IMG/VR virus record: IMGVR_UViG_3300036771_000036
Span: 7,334 to 71,333 of that record
Origin: a virus
Length of the DNA: 64,000 nucleotides
Reading direction: 5' to 3' (one strand)
Made by a program: the position numbers and the translations under genes. The notes below the pieces were generated by a model. It ran no database searches, was not told where the DNA came from, and saw nothing but the letters and a program-made list of their open reading frames with translations. Position 1 is the first letter of the stretch. Each line of letters starts with the position of its first letter. Positions 29,248 through 40,770 of the stretch are shown in pieces.

Positions 29248-32200
29248 ATGGATAATCGATTAAAAATCATGGTGGAAGCTGGCATAAATGTTGGCTCAAG
29301 CCTGAAGAATATTAACGAAGAAATTAAGGGTATAGGTAAACATCCGTCTCTTCAGAAGTTGAATTTGTCAGTTAGTGTTGATAAATCGTTTGTCAAGGCG
29401 ATGAATGAGTTTGTAGCAGCAACTAAAGTATTGAGTACTGCACTAGAACAGCAACAGAAAGTAATTAATGAATCAGTAAAGACAACGAAAATGCTGGATG
29501 GTTCTATTGAAAAAGTTACACAGAGACAACTTGCTAATGGGTCCATCATTACTCAGACAACGAAGAAGATTAATGAAGAAACTAAAGCGTTAAATGATCA
29601 GAAGAAAACACTTAATGATTTATCTAAGGAACTCAATGGCTATACATTAGCAAGTTCAAGAGCTACTAAAAATAAGCTTGGAGAAGCAACAGGTAGTAAG
29701 AATACATATGCAAACGATAAGAATCAAAAGGTAACAGTTAATTTAGATAACTCTGGAAATGTTAAGAACTATTCTGAGCTTACAAATTACCTGAAACAAA
29801 AAGAAGAAACTCTAAAGAAATCTGAAGCACTAGATAAAGCTCATTATCAGGCATTACAAGAGGATCAGGCAAGAAGAATTGCACTGATTAATAAGAATCT
29901 CAAAGAAGAAGAACAGCGTAATCAACAGTTTGTTAACCAATTACGTACTCGGTTTGCCGAAGAGCAAAAAATTGCTCGTAATCGTGATGCATTAGATAAG
30001 GCACATGCAGCAGCAATAACTGAGAATTTGAATAGAAAAAAAGCCGTAGCAGATATGGAAGCAAAGATTACGGCGGCTCAATCTAAGTTTAAGGGTAACG
30101 CTTCAGCAGTAGCAGAGTTAACTGCGCTAAATGCTCAATTAGGGAATATATCAAAAGTTAGCAATTATAAAAATGCATTAACCGAGTTACAGACCAAGTT
30201 AACACAGATCACATCACAAGCCAAGTTAGCAGGAAATGAAGCTAAAACACTTGGACAGCGTTTTGCTGATGCGGCATCTAAAGTGGCTTTATGGGGTGGA
30301 GCAACAACATCTCTTTATACAGTCATTAGAGCTTTGAAAGATATGACCAATATCATCATCCAAGTAGATAGCCAAGTAACACAACTCAAACGTGTGATGG
30401 ATGAGTCAACTGATTTTGAAGGTATGCTGAGTCGTAGTATTCAATTGGCTAATGAGTTAGGCAGAAGTATAACAGAAGTAAATGAGAATGCTATAGGTTT
30501 TGCTCGTATGGGCTTCGATGAAGATCAGACGATGAACCTTGCCAAAACCTCTACTCTATTACAAAACATATCCGAATTAACACCTCAAGAATCAGTAGAT
30601 ACACTTACAGCGGCAATGACTATTTTTAACGTTGAAGCTGGAAAAAGTATTGAAATCGCTAATAAATTGAATGAGATAGACAATAATTTCGCAGTTACGA
30701 CCCAGAACCTAGCAACATCTATGACTAGAGCTGGAGCCAGTGCCAATACCTTTGGTGTTTCTATGGAAGAGTTGTTGGGACACACAACCGCAATTGCGAC
30801 AGCCACTCGAGAAAGTGGAGCAATTATCGGCAACTCATTAAAATCCGTGTACTCTCGTATAACTACTATGGATAAATCTGAAGGTGTCCTTGCGGAAGCC
30901 GGGGTATCTATGCGTGATTTAAGTGGTGAGACTCGTGATGTTTCAGATATCATTGCTGAATTAGCGGGTAAATGGAATGGACTATCCAAGGAAACGCAAC
31001 AGAACACAGCAGTGAATCTAGCTGGTAGATATCAGTTAACCAGATTTTTGGCACTTATGCAAAACTTTCCAATTGCAATTGAAGCTACAGAAACAGCCCT
31101 TCATTCTCAAGGTTCAGCGACAAGAGAAAATGAAAAGTACATGCAATCCCTTGAAGCACGAATCCAAAAGATGAAAACTGCTTGGGAAACTCTGTCGGTA
31201 GCTTTTGGTGAAAAGCTTATAAGCAATTCAATAGTCGACATTACATCTCTGATGTCTGGACTCATGAATACCGTAGCTTATTTAGTTGATCATGTTGGAG
31301 CTTTACCAGTAGTATTTGGTATTGCAAGCTTAGGAGTTATGGCTTTACGTACAAGCTTTAGATTGTTGATTATTGAAATTGTAAAAACAGTTTCATCGGT
31401 AACAGGTTTGAAATTGCAATCTATCGCTGCTTCTGGTGGATTGGGCACTCTATCCATGTCAGCTATTAAGGCAAAATTAACAATGCAGGGCTTGAAAGCT
31501 TCAATACTTACTGTCGGTGTAGCCTTGAAAGGATTATTAATAACATCTGGAATAGGATTACTTTTTGTTGGACTTGGTTGGGCGATTGAAAAAGTTATTG
31601 GCCTCTTTTCTGATGCAACTAAAGCTACCGAAGACTTCACTGACAAAGCTGAGGAATTAAATCAGAAACAATATGACTTATCTAACCTCAAGGCGTTATC
31701 CAAAGAATACGATGAATTGTCTAAAAAGACCGAATTAAGCTTTGAAGAAAAGTCGCGTCTAGCTCAAATCGAGAGTGAATTGTCAAGTAAATACAACATA
31801 ACCACCACTAGTGTAGATGGACAAACGAAGTCCTATGAAGAAAATAATAAGGCCATCCAAACTCAACTTGGATTAAAAGAAGATGAGTTAAAAGCTGCAA
31901 GATTAGCCGCAGAAATTGAATATAATTCTAATGCAGATAAAATTGAGCGTGACATTGAAAAAGAAAAGAAAGCTTTGCTTGAGAGAGAAAAAGCATATGA
32001 TGATGCGTTGGCTGCGTATGAAGCAAATAAAACTGAATGGGCAAAGTATGATCCTGTTAAAGACAGTTATGAGTATGGAATAGGTAAGAGGGCAAATGAG
32101 AGATTAGCAGTAGCACTAAAAGAGCAGGATGCTTTATTAACAGAATCTAAAACATCTCTCCAGACTACGCTAAATGCTAAGGTGCTTGCCTACAAAGGAG

Positions 32201-35200
32201 CAGGTCAATCTTTCGTTGATGAGCAAGAATCAAACAATGTTGAAATTAAAGGTCTCACTCGCGAATTCTTAGATATTTATGCCGCTGCCGCCGCCGAAAG
32301 CGGAGTCTCATCCAACGAGTTTAGTGAGAACATTAAAAAAGTCTTCTATTCAATTCAGCGTAATGACTTAGCCAATGCAGAAGAAGGAATGAATCTTCTC
32401 AAAGAAATGCCGGGAATTACAGATCTTACTGCAACTTCACTTAGAAACCTATCAGCGGCACTTTCACGTCAAAACTATCAGCCAGTTGCAGAAGGTCTTG
32501 ATGGTGTTGCTGATTCAGCAGATAACTTAAGCAATGCTACTGATCAAACTGGTCAAAAAGTGAGTGTCATGTCTCAAAAATTAAATGAGATGGCTGCTTG
32601 GGCTACTGAGTCAAAAGAAGATCTGGAACTGTTGAATAAGGCTCAAACTGAACTTGCTAAAAAGAATACTCTTTCTGCTGACACTGTTAAAAAGATGAAT
32701 GACAAGTATGGAGACTTCATAAAAGTTACAGGACTCAGCAAAGATAAAATTCTAGAATTTATTAAAGCTCGTAAAGATGAGAAGAAAAGTTTTATTGATA
32801 CTGAGATTGAGAAAACAAATGTATTGATTAAAGCTTCGCTAACTAGGATTGCTACCATTGAAGCAGAGATGAGCGCAAGACAGAAAGCCATCAATCAAAT
32901 CAAGGAAGAATACTCCGATATTGCAGGAAAAGATACCCTTGAAGACATTAAAACCGAATCTCGAATGGGCGGTATCAGGTCTGCTATTTCCGATAAGCAA
33001 GTCGATCTGACTGAAGAAAAAGACAAGTTAAATGAGCTTATGGGCATTCTAAATACTTGGAAAGGTATTGGTTCAGATGTAAACGAGGTAATTAAGAATG
33101 GCGATAAAGCTGTACAGGATGCAACGAAATCCAATGACAAGTCTAATCAGTCATACACTGATACTAATGAGATTCTGACCGAAACACAGAAGAAACTTCT
33201 CAGTCTGGCTGATGCAATCAAGAAAGTTCAGAACGAACGTAGCACCATGGTTAAAGGTTCGAAAGAGTACATTGCGAGTCTCAAAGAAGAGAAGAAATTG
33301 CTTGATGAAAAAATCGCCAAGCAAGAGGACGCGCTTAAGAATCCTTCTGAACTTGTTTCAACAAAAATTAAGACAACCACTAAAGCAGCACCGGGAGAAT
33401 CTGCACCAACATCGACTTCCACATCTACGTCCTCTAATAAATCCTCTACTTCATCTGGGTCTGGTACAAAGCTAGATACAATGCTTAGTGCTGCATTAGG
33501 AATGCAGGGTCAATTTAAATATCAACAAATTGGTGGGAAGTTTAAAGGAACGTTTGAGGAATTTAAGAAACGTGCTCTTGCTGACTGCTCCCAATTTGTA
33601 CAAGAATTCTTTGAAGAGTTTATGGATATTACTCTTCCTCGTACTGCTGCTCAACAATCACAACAGGGAACTGCTGTAGCCAAAAAGGATTTGAAAAAGG
33701 GCGACCTTATTTTCTTTGAAACAAAAAAAGGTTATGAAGCATCTCATGTTGGTATTTATACGGGTAACGGTAAATTTATTCAGATGGGTACGAAAAGTGG
33801 ACTTAGCGAACAGAGCTTAGACAGTAGCTATTGGGCGCCGAAATACCGTAGCGCTAGACGTATTAATGGTGTTGGTGAATCTACTTCAACTACTAGTGCC
33901 CCATCAACGAATAGCTCAGCTACAAAAGTTAAGACTACTAGCTCTGATGGAAAGACTACAACTGAAATTGTTAATGCTACAGCCAAAGAAAGAGAAGATG
34001 CTGTACGTGATACTGATCTAACAAACTCATCGGATAAAGCCCAGTCATATCAGTTAGGAATAGAAATTGTTGAAGGCGTAATTGCAGGATCAGAAAGTGC
34101 AATTTCAGCATTGCAGTCCAAACGTGAACTATCAGCAAATAAACAAAGTCGATATACACAGGATAGTCCTGAATGGCGCAAAGAGGAAATGGCACAAAGT
34201 AGCTATCTTCAGCAAGAGCAGAAGTTAGTTGAGCAAGAAAATAAAGATATTCGCCAACAACTTATTGAACAGAAGATTACCAAAGGTGAATATGATCTCA
34301 AACTAGCTGAGAATAGTGCCAAGTGGTGGGATTATCAAGCTCAAATTGACGAGAAGCGTAAGAATGTATTTGATAGTCAACTTTCTTCATACGATAAACA
34401 AATTAAAGCAGATGATGATGCATTAGCTATATCTGATGCTAATTTGAAGTTAATGACAGAAGGTTCAGTTGAGTACAATAAAGAGTTAAAAAGTCAGATC
34501 CCTATTCTTGAACATAAGAGTTCAGTATTAGCCAAAGAGATTGAATACACCAAGTCTCTGCTTGCAAGCGGTAAATTGAATGCTGAAATGACTGCATACT
34601 ACAATGATCGACTGCAAACATTTAATCTTACTTTACTTGACACAAACTCAGCCTTAGCCGATGTTAATAAAACTCTTAAGGATATGCGTGAATCTGCTGC
34701 TGACAATATCATTGAAGAGTACAAAAAAGTCATTGAACAACGGCGTGACTTGGAACTAGAAGCACTTGACCAACTTCGTGAAAAAGAAGATAAACGTCAT
34801 GAAAAAGCTATTAAAAATATCGATGACGAGCAAAAGAAATTCGAGAATTATATTAATGCTCGACTTAAGGCTTTTGACCGTGAGAATACTGGAGTTGATT
34901 ATACTGAAGAACTCCAGAAGAAAATGGATGAGCGTCAGAAGATTACAAATAAGCTTAATGAAATATCTGGCGATAAGTCAATGGATGCAAAGGCTAGACG
35001 TAAAGAATTAAATGATCAACTCGCAGCCATTGATGAAGAAATTCGGAAGTTTGAGCGTGATCGTGAACGCGAGTTAATCAAGCAGGGCTTACAAGACCAG
35101 CTGGATGATCACAAGAATTACAATGATAAAATCAAGGATGAGGAAGATAAAGCTCACCAAGATACATTGGACAAACTGGATGATGAGAAGAAAAAGACAG

Positions 35201-36051
35201 AACGTAAATATAAAGATATCCTTGAGGATCAGAAGAAATTCTATGACTTGAAAAAAGGATTAATGAGTAATGATGCTATTGTTGTCACTGCCACACTTGG
35301 AATCATAAGTGGTGAGTACGATAAGCTGTTTGCAAATATCAAAGATCATACATTTGAGACATCTAAACAGATGCAGAACATGGTTCAAGACTTCCAAACC
35401 TCTATGGAGGGATTGAATAAGTATAAGATAGGCGATTATTCTCCAGTTATTCCGGGTGAGAGTAGTAGTGGTTCTAGTGGGGATTCAGGCACAATTAAAG
35501 GAACTGTTGCATCCAGACAAGCATGGACTGAATATCTGAGCAATAAGCAATCTGCTGAGTCGATTAAAGAGCAAATGAAGAAGCTCGATAAGTCATCAAC
35601 CCAATACAAGAATCTTGAGAATGATTTTAATAAACTTAAAACTAATAACGATCAATTACGTTCAGTCTATGGTTTCCCTGATGGTAGTTATAAGGATTTG
35701 GTTAGCAAGAAGATATTCTCTGCTGAATCAGGTGGAATAACTCCTAGTGATGTTCCTGCTGAAGGGCAGTACATCTTAGCTCATAAAAAAGAGCTGATCC
35801 TTAAGGAGTCTGATACAGGAAATATCCTAGATGTGGTCAATATTGTTCGTGGCATCACAGATAAATTTAAGGGTAAATTTGATTTCTCCAATTTGTTCAA
35901 CAAGAAGAATGAATCGGTGTCATCAGATTCTGGTAATAAAATTCATATTGATAAAATTGAGATTCATGCCAGCGACAAAGATACTGCCAACAGTTTAGGA
36001 GATAAGTTTACTTTAGGACTGCAAAGAAAATTAAATATGGGGATGATCTAG
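29248..36051 (+). CDS. tail tape measure protein with NlpC/P60 peptidoglycan hydrolase domain
   Basis: 2267 aa, TP901-like core, hydrophobic segments, ADCSQFVQ...LPRTAAQQ...SHVGIYTGNGKFIQ (about 33480-33870) flanked by S/T-rich linkers. Confidence 0.92.
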   Translation: MDNRLKIMVEAGINVGSSLKNINEEIKGIGKHPSLQKLNLSVSVDKSFVKAMNEFVAATKVLSTALEQQQKVINESVKTTKMLDGSIEKVTQRQLANGSIITQTTKKINEETKALNDQKKTLNDLSKELNGYTLASSRATKNKLGEATGSKNTYANDKNQKVTVNLDNSGNVKNYSELTNYLKQKEETLKKSEALDKAHYQALQEDQARRIALINKNLKEEEQRNQQFVNQLRTRFAEEQKIARNRDALDKAHAAAITENLNRKKAVADMEAKITAAQSKFKGNASAVAELTALNAQLGNISKVSNYKNALTELQTKLTQITSQAKLAGNEAKTLGQRFADAASKVALWGGATTSLYTVIRALKDMTNIIIQVDSQVTQLKRVMDESTDFEGMLSRSIQLANELGRSITEVNENAIGFARMGFDEDQTMNLAKTSTLLQNISELTPQESVDTLTAAMTIFNVEAGKSIEIANKLNEIDNNFAVTTQNLATSMTRAGASANTFGVSMEELLGHTTAIATATRESGAIIGNSLKSVYSRITTMDKSEGVLAEAGVSMRDLSGETRDVSDIIAELAGKWNGLSKETQQNTAVNLAGRYQLTRFLALMQNFPIAIEATETALHSQGSATRENEKYMQSLEARIQKMKTAWETLSVAFGEKLISNSIVDITSLMSGLMNTVAYLVDHVGALPVVFGIASLGVMALRTSFRLLIIEIVKTVSSVTGLKLQSIAASGGLGTLSMSAIKAKLTMQGLKASILTVGVALKGLLITSGIGLLFVGLGWAIEKVIGLFSDATKATEDFTDKAEELNQKQYDLSNLKALSKEYDELSKKTELSFEEKSRLAQIESELSSKYNITTTSVDGQTKSYEENNKAIQTQLGLKEDELKAARLAAEIEYNSNADKIERDIEKEKKALLEREKAYDDALAAYEANKTEWAKYDPVKDSYEYGIGKRANERLAVALKEQDALLTESKTSLQTTLNAKVLAYKGAGQSFVDEQESNNVEIKGLTREFLDIYAAAAAESGVSSNEFSENIKKVFYSIQRNDLANAEEGMNLLKEMPGITDLTATSLRNLSAALSRQNYQPVAEGLDGVADSADNLSNATDQTGQKVSVMSQKLNEMAAWATESKEDLELLNKAQTELAKKNTLSADTVKKMNDKYGDFIKVTGLSKDKILEFIKARKDEKKSFIDTEIEKTNVLIKASLTRIATIEAEMSARQKAINQIKEEYSDIAGKDTLEDIKTESRMGGIRSAISDKQVDLTEEKDKLNELMGILNTWKGIGSDVNEVIKNGDKAVQDATKSNDKSNQSYTDTNEILTETQKKLLSLADAIKKVQNERSTMVKGSKEYIASLKEEKKLLDEKIAKQEDALKNPSELVSTKIKTTTKAAPGESAPTSTSTSTSSNKSSTSSGSGTKLDTMLSAALGMQGQFKYQQIGGKFKGTFEEFKKRALADCSQFVQEFFEEFMDITLPRTAAQQSQQGTAVAKKDLKKGDLIFFETKKGYEASHVGIYTGNGKFIQMGTKSGLSEQSLDSSYWAPKYRSARRINGVGESTSTTSAPSTNSSATKVKTTSSDGKTTTEIVNATAKEREDAVRDTDLTNSSDKAQSYQLGIEIVEGVIAGSESAISALQSKRELSANKQSRYTQDSPEWRKEEMAQSSYLQQEQKLVEQENKDIRQQLIEQKITKGEYDLKLAENSAKWWDYQAQIDEKRKNVFDSQLSSYDKQIKADDDALAISDANLKLMTEGSVEYNKELKSQIPILEHKSSVLAKEIEYTKSLLASGKLNAEMTAYYNDRLQTFNLTLLDTNSALADVNKTLKDMRESAADNIIEEYKKVIEQRRDLELEALDQLREKEDKRHEKAIKNIDDEQKKFENYINARLKAFDRENTGVDYTEELQKKMDERQKITNKLNEISGDKSMDAKARRKELNDQLAAIDEEIRKFERDRERELIKQGLQDQLDDHKNYNDKIKDEEDKAHQDTLDKLDDEKKKTERKYKDILEDQKKFYDLKKGLMSNDAIVVTATLGIISGEYDKLFANIKDHTFETSKQMQNMVQDFQTSMEGLNKYKIGDYSPVIPGESSSGSSGDSGTIKGTVASRQAWTEYLSNKQSAESIKEQMKKLDKSSTQYKNLENDFNKLKTNNDQLRSVYGFPDGSYKDLVSKKIFSAESGGITPSDVPAEGQYILAHKKELILKESDTGNILDVVNIVRGITDKFKGKFDFSNLFNKKNESVSSDSGNKIHIDKIEIHASDKDTANSLGDKFTLGLQRKLNMGMI

Positions 36052-36077
36052 AGAGAGGAAACCCCTCTCTCTTTTTT
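36049..36077 (+). terminator. intrinsic terminator
   Basis: AGAGAGAGG-AAAC-CCTCTCTCT followed by a T-run. Confidence 0.7.
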
Positions 36078-36097
36078 AATTTTAAAAGGGGGTATAC

Positions 36098-39000
36098 ATG
36101 CTAGGCGAGATTGATTACACAAAAAAGCCAATTAAACCGCAATACTTTTTAGCTAAGCCTGATGGGGAACCTGTTTCTAAATTAAGTGAAGCTTTCAATG
36201 ATAGTATGATTATTAAACTTAATGATGTCTCAGAGCTATCACTGAGTCTTCCTTATAAAATAGATGTTCATCACAGATCAGTGAAAAACAAAAACGTAGA
36301 CATTATAAAAGAGAAGTATCTAATTCAGGTAGTAGTAGGTAATAGCTCGGAATGGTTTATTGTTAAAACTATTGAAGATAGTATTGACGATTCAGACATT
36401 ATGAACGTTAAATGCATGTCTCTTACTTATGAGTTATCCAAAAAAATAATTAAGAGTTTTTCAGCAGAGTCGGTAGGTGCAGACAGAGTAATTAATGATC
36501 TGCTCACAATGGGGGATACTATTTGGAATGTAGATTACATTGATCCTGACTTTCAATTGACATATCGAGCATTTGATTTTCCATCTTCTACTGTCCTTGA
36601 AGCAATTTATTCAGTTGCTGAAACATACAATGCAATTGTTAAGTTTGACACGAACAACAGAACGTTGCGAATGACTAAGCCTGAAGAAACGGGTATTAAT
36701 ATGGGGCTCACAGTTTCATATGGAAAACTAATGAAAAATATGAGTCGCAACAAAGATGCCGATCAGATGGTTACACGTCTGCTTGCTTCAGGTAAAGATG
36801 GATTAGGTATTCAAAAGGTTAATCCAACTGGACAAAATTTCATTGAAAATTACGGATACTTTATTTACCCATTTGAACGAGATGCAAATAAGAACGTCAT
36901 CTCATCTAGTCATTGGATGAGTGATTCACTATGTCATGCTTTGCTTGACTATGATATTTTGGTTGAGAGTAAGAATGGACTGTTTAAACAATATCTCGAA
37001 GAACTCGAAGGCTATGAAACACAGTTAAACCAACTGAAGATTGACTTGAACAAGCTACAGCAAGATGAGAAAGTTGTTCAGGAAGTTACCTTAGCTCAAC
37101 AATTTAGTGACAAGATGTATTTTGAAAAGTATCAACACAGTGGAAGTACGTCTCGCATATTCAAATTAAACAAAGGGTACAACTATGCAGCTATGATTAA
37201 GGTTGACTCCTCATCTGGTTTAACTGTTGCATTGAATGGATCTGTTAAACCAACCATTTCAGGCAGATGGGTTATGCTGGGCAAGTTAAACAATTTAGAA
37301 ACAACCACAATTAGTGTAAGTGGATCATCTACAGGTGTGTTCATGCAAGTAGCAACGATATCTGTTGAAGAGTATCAAATGACTAGCAATGATAATGTTA
37401 TTGTAGAAAGATATAGTTTGGACAATAAAGAAGCTCAAATCAATCTTAAGCAAATTGAGATTAGCAACAAACTGAATCAGATCACAGGCGTTCAGAATCG
37501 AATCAGCTCGTTACACACTTTGCTAGACTCAGACAACAATTTTACTAGCCAGCAACTAATCGAGCTTAATAAGTATTTGTTCGTGCAGGAATTTAGTGAT
37601 GATGTATACATAGATGAAAAAGATTTGTACGAAGCAACATTGGAGAAATTCAAAGAGCTACAAGTACCACTTATTTCTGCTGAGATTGATATCGTTAATT
37701 TCTTAGAAATGATCGAAGAACAACGTAATTGGAAGAAACTTAACCTTGGGGATTTTATTAATGTTAAGTATCAACCATTAGATATTAATTTGACTGCTCG
37801 TATCAGTGAGATTAATTATGACTATGGTAGTTCAAATATTAAACTCACATTGAGTAACACAAAAAATGTCGACGATGAGACGGCGAGAATAGAGAAATTT
37901 CTTAAGAATTCTAAGAATACTAGTGTAGTAGTAGATACCAGCAAAACCAAGTGGGGGCAGGCTGTAATTGCTTCGAATGACATAACTACACTGTTCGAAA
38001 ACTTCTGGGACAGAGCAACTAACACTATCAACATGGCGAATAACGAGGCCACCCAAATCGACAATCGTGGGATAACGGTGTACGATAAAGATGATCACTT
38101 GAGGTTCATTAGGATCACACATGGAATAGTAGGTATGACAGATAATGGTGGAATCTCCTATAAGATGGCAATCACTCCCACACATTTGGTCGCAGACAAT
38201 GTATGGGGAAAATTATTTGTTGGTGAGCGCTTAACCCTTGGTGATATCGATGGGTTACTTGAGATCACAGGGCCAAAGTTTATGATTTATGATAGAAACA
38301 AGAGACTCGTTCAACAGATGGGATTGTTGTCTGATAATCCAGATGTATTTGGTACAGTTGTTAATAGATTCGCCAATGCCAATTCGACCAACTTAACAAA
38401 AACAAATGAGATTGGGATGAATAATAGTCGCGGGTTTTATATTGATAAGTTTAGAAATGGTGTAAGATCTGATGTGCTAACCTTATCGACAGATGGAAAT
38501 TTTAGATTGCGTGTTGGCGATGACAATGAAATTATTACTATTTCAGAAAAGGGATTTGGGATTGGGCATCAAACATGGGAAAAATCTCCATTTAGAGTTA
38601 ATTATTTCGGAGAATGTTGGCTAGAATCGTTGTGGGCAGTAAACGCTTATATCACTAACTCAAAATTTGAAAATGGTGAATTGAACGGTAACAAGCTTAC
38701 ACTCCGTGACGGAGGAAATTTGATGAAGCTGTGGCCCCGCGAAGGATTCTGGGCGGGTTCAGAGGCCGAAGGTGCAGATGACCCACTACTGGCTCCAATG
38801 TGGATTAAAATGGATGGCACGGCAATCTTCAAGAAGCTTGTTGTTACAGATAAAAACAATACACTCCTCATTGACTCTGAAAAGAAATACATAGACTTTG
38901 GTGGATTTGATGCTATCGGAATTGGTGCTTTGGATGCTGAATTATTAGCAGCGAATATGCTTACTGTACAGGATGGAATCATATCTAACCTCACCGCTGG

Positions 39001-39622
39001 AAAACTGTCCACACTCACCAATGCAGCACTTACTAATTGGTCAAACTACATTCATATTGAAGGTAATGCTATTAGATGGCTTACTGGTAAAGTCAAAGCA
39101 GGAAGTGGTACGCACAAGGCGTTGTCTGATGGTAGATTGTTGTATTGGGTTACATCAGAACAGGCAGGATTAATGACGGTAGAGGAAACTCCATGGCCTG
39201 TGATGATCTATGATATGGAGGAGAAAGAGAAAGCAAAGTTCTACTTCGAAGGTAGTGGTGAGTCAGCTTATCCTGTTATTAATATGGGTGAGGGTGACAG
39301 ACAGGGGTATGGTAGAGGACAGATTACTAAACCTAATGGAAGCTTTGAGTTTTTGTACAGCAATAGCAACTTAGGAAGAGAAAGAAGTCTAAAGCTTCGA
39401 GACAGTGGCGTATTCATTAAAAGTGAGTCAGGAGAAATAAGTTTAGAATCAAAAGATTTTATTGTTGTAACCGATGGCGGTAATGTCCAGATTGGTTTGA
39501 CTAACGGGACTAAATTTGAATTAACATCAACCGGAGATGTCAATGTTAAAGCATCCAGAAACATGAATCTCGAAGCCACAGGCATAATGAATTTGAAAGC
39601 AAGTCGTATTAATTTGAACTAA
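36098..39622 (+). CDS. tail hub/spike protein (Tal, YomG-like) with C-terminal beta-helix-like end
   Basis: TRLLASGKDGLGIQKVNPTGQNFIENY; C-terminus VNVKASRNMNLEATGIMNLKASRINLN. Confidence 0.8.
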   Translation: MLGEIDYTKKPIKPQYFLAKPDGEPVSKLSEAFNDSMIIKLNDVSELSLSLPYKIDVHHRSVKNKNVDIIKEKYLIQVVVGNSSEWFIVKTIEDSIDDSDIMNVKCMSLTYELSKKIIKSFSAESVGADRVINDLLTMGDTIWNVDYIDPDFQLTYRAFDFPSSTVLEAIYSVAETYNAIVKFDTNNRTLRMTKPEETGINMGLTVSYGKLMKNMSRNKDADQMVTRLLASGKDGLGIQKVNPTGQNFIENYGYFIYPFERDANKNVISSSHWMSDSLCHALLDYDILVESKNGLFKQYLEELEGYETQLNQLKIDLNKLQQDEKVVQEVTLAQQFSDKMYFEKYQHSGSTSRIFKLNKGYNYAAMIKVDSSSGLTVALNGSVKPTISGRWVMLGKLNNLETTTISVSGSSTGVFMQVATISVEEYQMTSNDNVIVERYSLDNKEAQINLKQIEISNKLNQITGVQNRISSLHTLLDSDNNFTSQQLIELNKYLFVQEFSDDVYIDEKDLYEATLEKFKELQVPLISAEIDIVNFLEMIEEQRNWKKLNLGDFINVKYQPLDINLTARISEINYDYGSSNIKLTLSNTKNVDDETARIEKFLKNSKNTSVVVDTSKTKWGQAVIASNDITTLFENFWDRATNTINMANNEATQIDNRGITVYDKDDHLRFIRITHGIVGMTDNGGISYKMAITPTHLVADNVWGKLFVGERLTLGDIDGLLEITGPKFMIYDRNKRLVQQMGLLSDNPDVFGTVVNRFANANSTNLTKTNEIGMNNSRGFYIDKFRNGVRSDVLTLSTDGNFRLRVGDDNEIITISEKGFGIGHQTWEKSPFRVNYFGECWLESLWAVNAYITNSKFENGELNGNKLTLRDGGNLMKLWPREGFWAGSEAEGADDPLLAPMWIKMDGTAIFKKLVVTDKNNTLLIDSEKKYIDFGGFDAIGIGALDAELLAANMLTVQDGIISNLTAGKLSTLTNAALTNWSNYIHIEGNAIRWLTGKVKAGSGTHKALSDGRLLYWVTSEQAGLMTVEETPWPVMIYDMEEKEKAKFYFEGSGESAYPVINMGEGDRQGYGRGQITKPNGSFEFLYSNSNLGRERSLKLRDSGVFIKSESGEISLESKDFIVVTDGGNVQIGLTNGTKFELTSTGDVNVKASRNMNLEATGIMNLKASRINLN

Positions 39623-39698
39623 AGTTTTCCATCTTCATAGCCGATAATAATGGTATAGTATACCATGTGATAGCTATATCATTATGCGGAGGTGCAAT

Positions 39699-40499
39699 AT
39701 GAAAAAGATGTTAAAAAAATTACCAACATTCATGCTAGGGGCAGTTGTCGGGATTACACTTACAGCAGGCACAGCAGTAGGAGCAGCTACATACTTAAAA
39801 GCAACTCAATCAAACGTAAAGATTGTTGTAGATGGCACACAAGTGAAATTGTCCGATTCGCCACTTAACGTGAATGGACGGTTATACTTGCCTGTACGAG
39901 ACACAGCTAATGCTCTTGGTTATTCTGTTGAGTCAGTAACTAGCTCTAAAGTTTCATTAAAAGAAGGCACGTCAGCAAGCAACACGACTACAAATAATGG
40001 AACGACTAGCTCTAACAATGGTTCAACGGGCGGTCAGTCTGGAACGGGTGCGACCAATCCGAGTAATTCCAATAGTGGATCATCAAGTACAACAGCAAGT
40101 AAGAAGGTGAAAAATTTGCGGGAAACGTACAGTACAGATGGGAAATTGGACGCAGAGAAGATTCGTACAGCGCTAAACAATGGTACTCTAGACGTAAACG
40201 CTCAAGATAGCGATACGATGGATACATTGCTACACTTTGCTGTGCTTGATGAAGACTTTGAAGCTTACAAAGCCATTAAGAGAAATGCATTAAGCCCAAA
40301 CATTCAAAACAAAGACGGACAGACAGCTCTTATGTTGGCTGTAATTAATGATCGAGATTTTTATTTCGGAGAAATTAAAGACATGAAGCCCGATGTGACG
40401 ATTAAAGACAAAGCGGGAAAACAGGCAATAGATTATGCTGACCCTAAGTCAACATATTATTCCTCATTAAGAGCGTATGCATTGTTCAACAACAAATAA
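39699..40499 (+). CDS. secreted protein: signal peptide, copper-amine-oxidase-N-like stalk, S/T/N linker, ankyrin repeats
   Basis: MKK...LTAGTAVGA; NGRLYLPVRDTANALG; DTLLHFAV, DGQTALMLAV, GKQAIDYA. Confidence 0.8.
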   Translation: MKKMLKKLPTFMLGAVVGITLTAGTAVGAATYLKATQSNVKIVVDGTQVKLSDSPLNVNGRLYLPVRDTANALGYSVESVTSSKVSLKEGTSASNTTTNNGTTSSNNGSTGGQSGTGATNPSNSNSGSSSTTASKKVKNLRETYSTDGKLDAEKIRTALNNGTLDVNAQDSDTMDTLLHFAVLDEDFEAYKAIKRNALSPNIQNKDGQTALMLAVINDRDFYFGEIKDMKPDVTIKDKAGKQAIDYADPKSTYYSSLRAYALFNNK

Positions 40500-40511
40500 T
40501 AAATCACACAC

Positions 40512-40538
40512 GAGCACTCAGCAATGGGTGCTTTTTCT
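40512..40538 (+). terminator. intrinsic terminator
   Basis: GAGCACTCA-GCAA-TGGGTGCT followed by a T-run. Confidence 0.7.
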
Positions 40539-40575
40539 ATGCAAATCTTTACGATTTCAACCCTCTTGAATTATA

Positions 40576-40770
40576 TTGTGTATAAGGGAGGTGGAGAGAA
40601 CGAAGCGTTGTCAATGTGGATCATTTGCTAACCTACACTATATGTCTAAAAAGAAACGTGTAAATCAAACTATCACAATGGTTCATAATGTTCCAGTCTA
40701 TGTATGCGATGATTGCGGTTTTAGTTTTATGACAGGTTCAGATAGTAAGCAGTTTGCAAGTAGTACATAG
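40576..40770 (+). CDS. stand-alone YgiT/MqsA-type zinc finger; start uncertain
   Basis: CQCG...VHNVPVYVCDDCGFSF; no HTH follows. Confidence 0.65.
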   Translation: MCIREVERTKRCQCGSFANLHYMSKKKRVNQTITMVHNVPVYVCDDCGFSFMTGSDSKQFASST

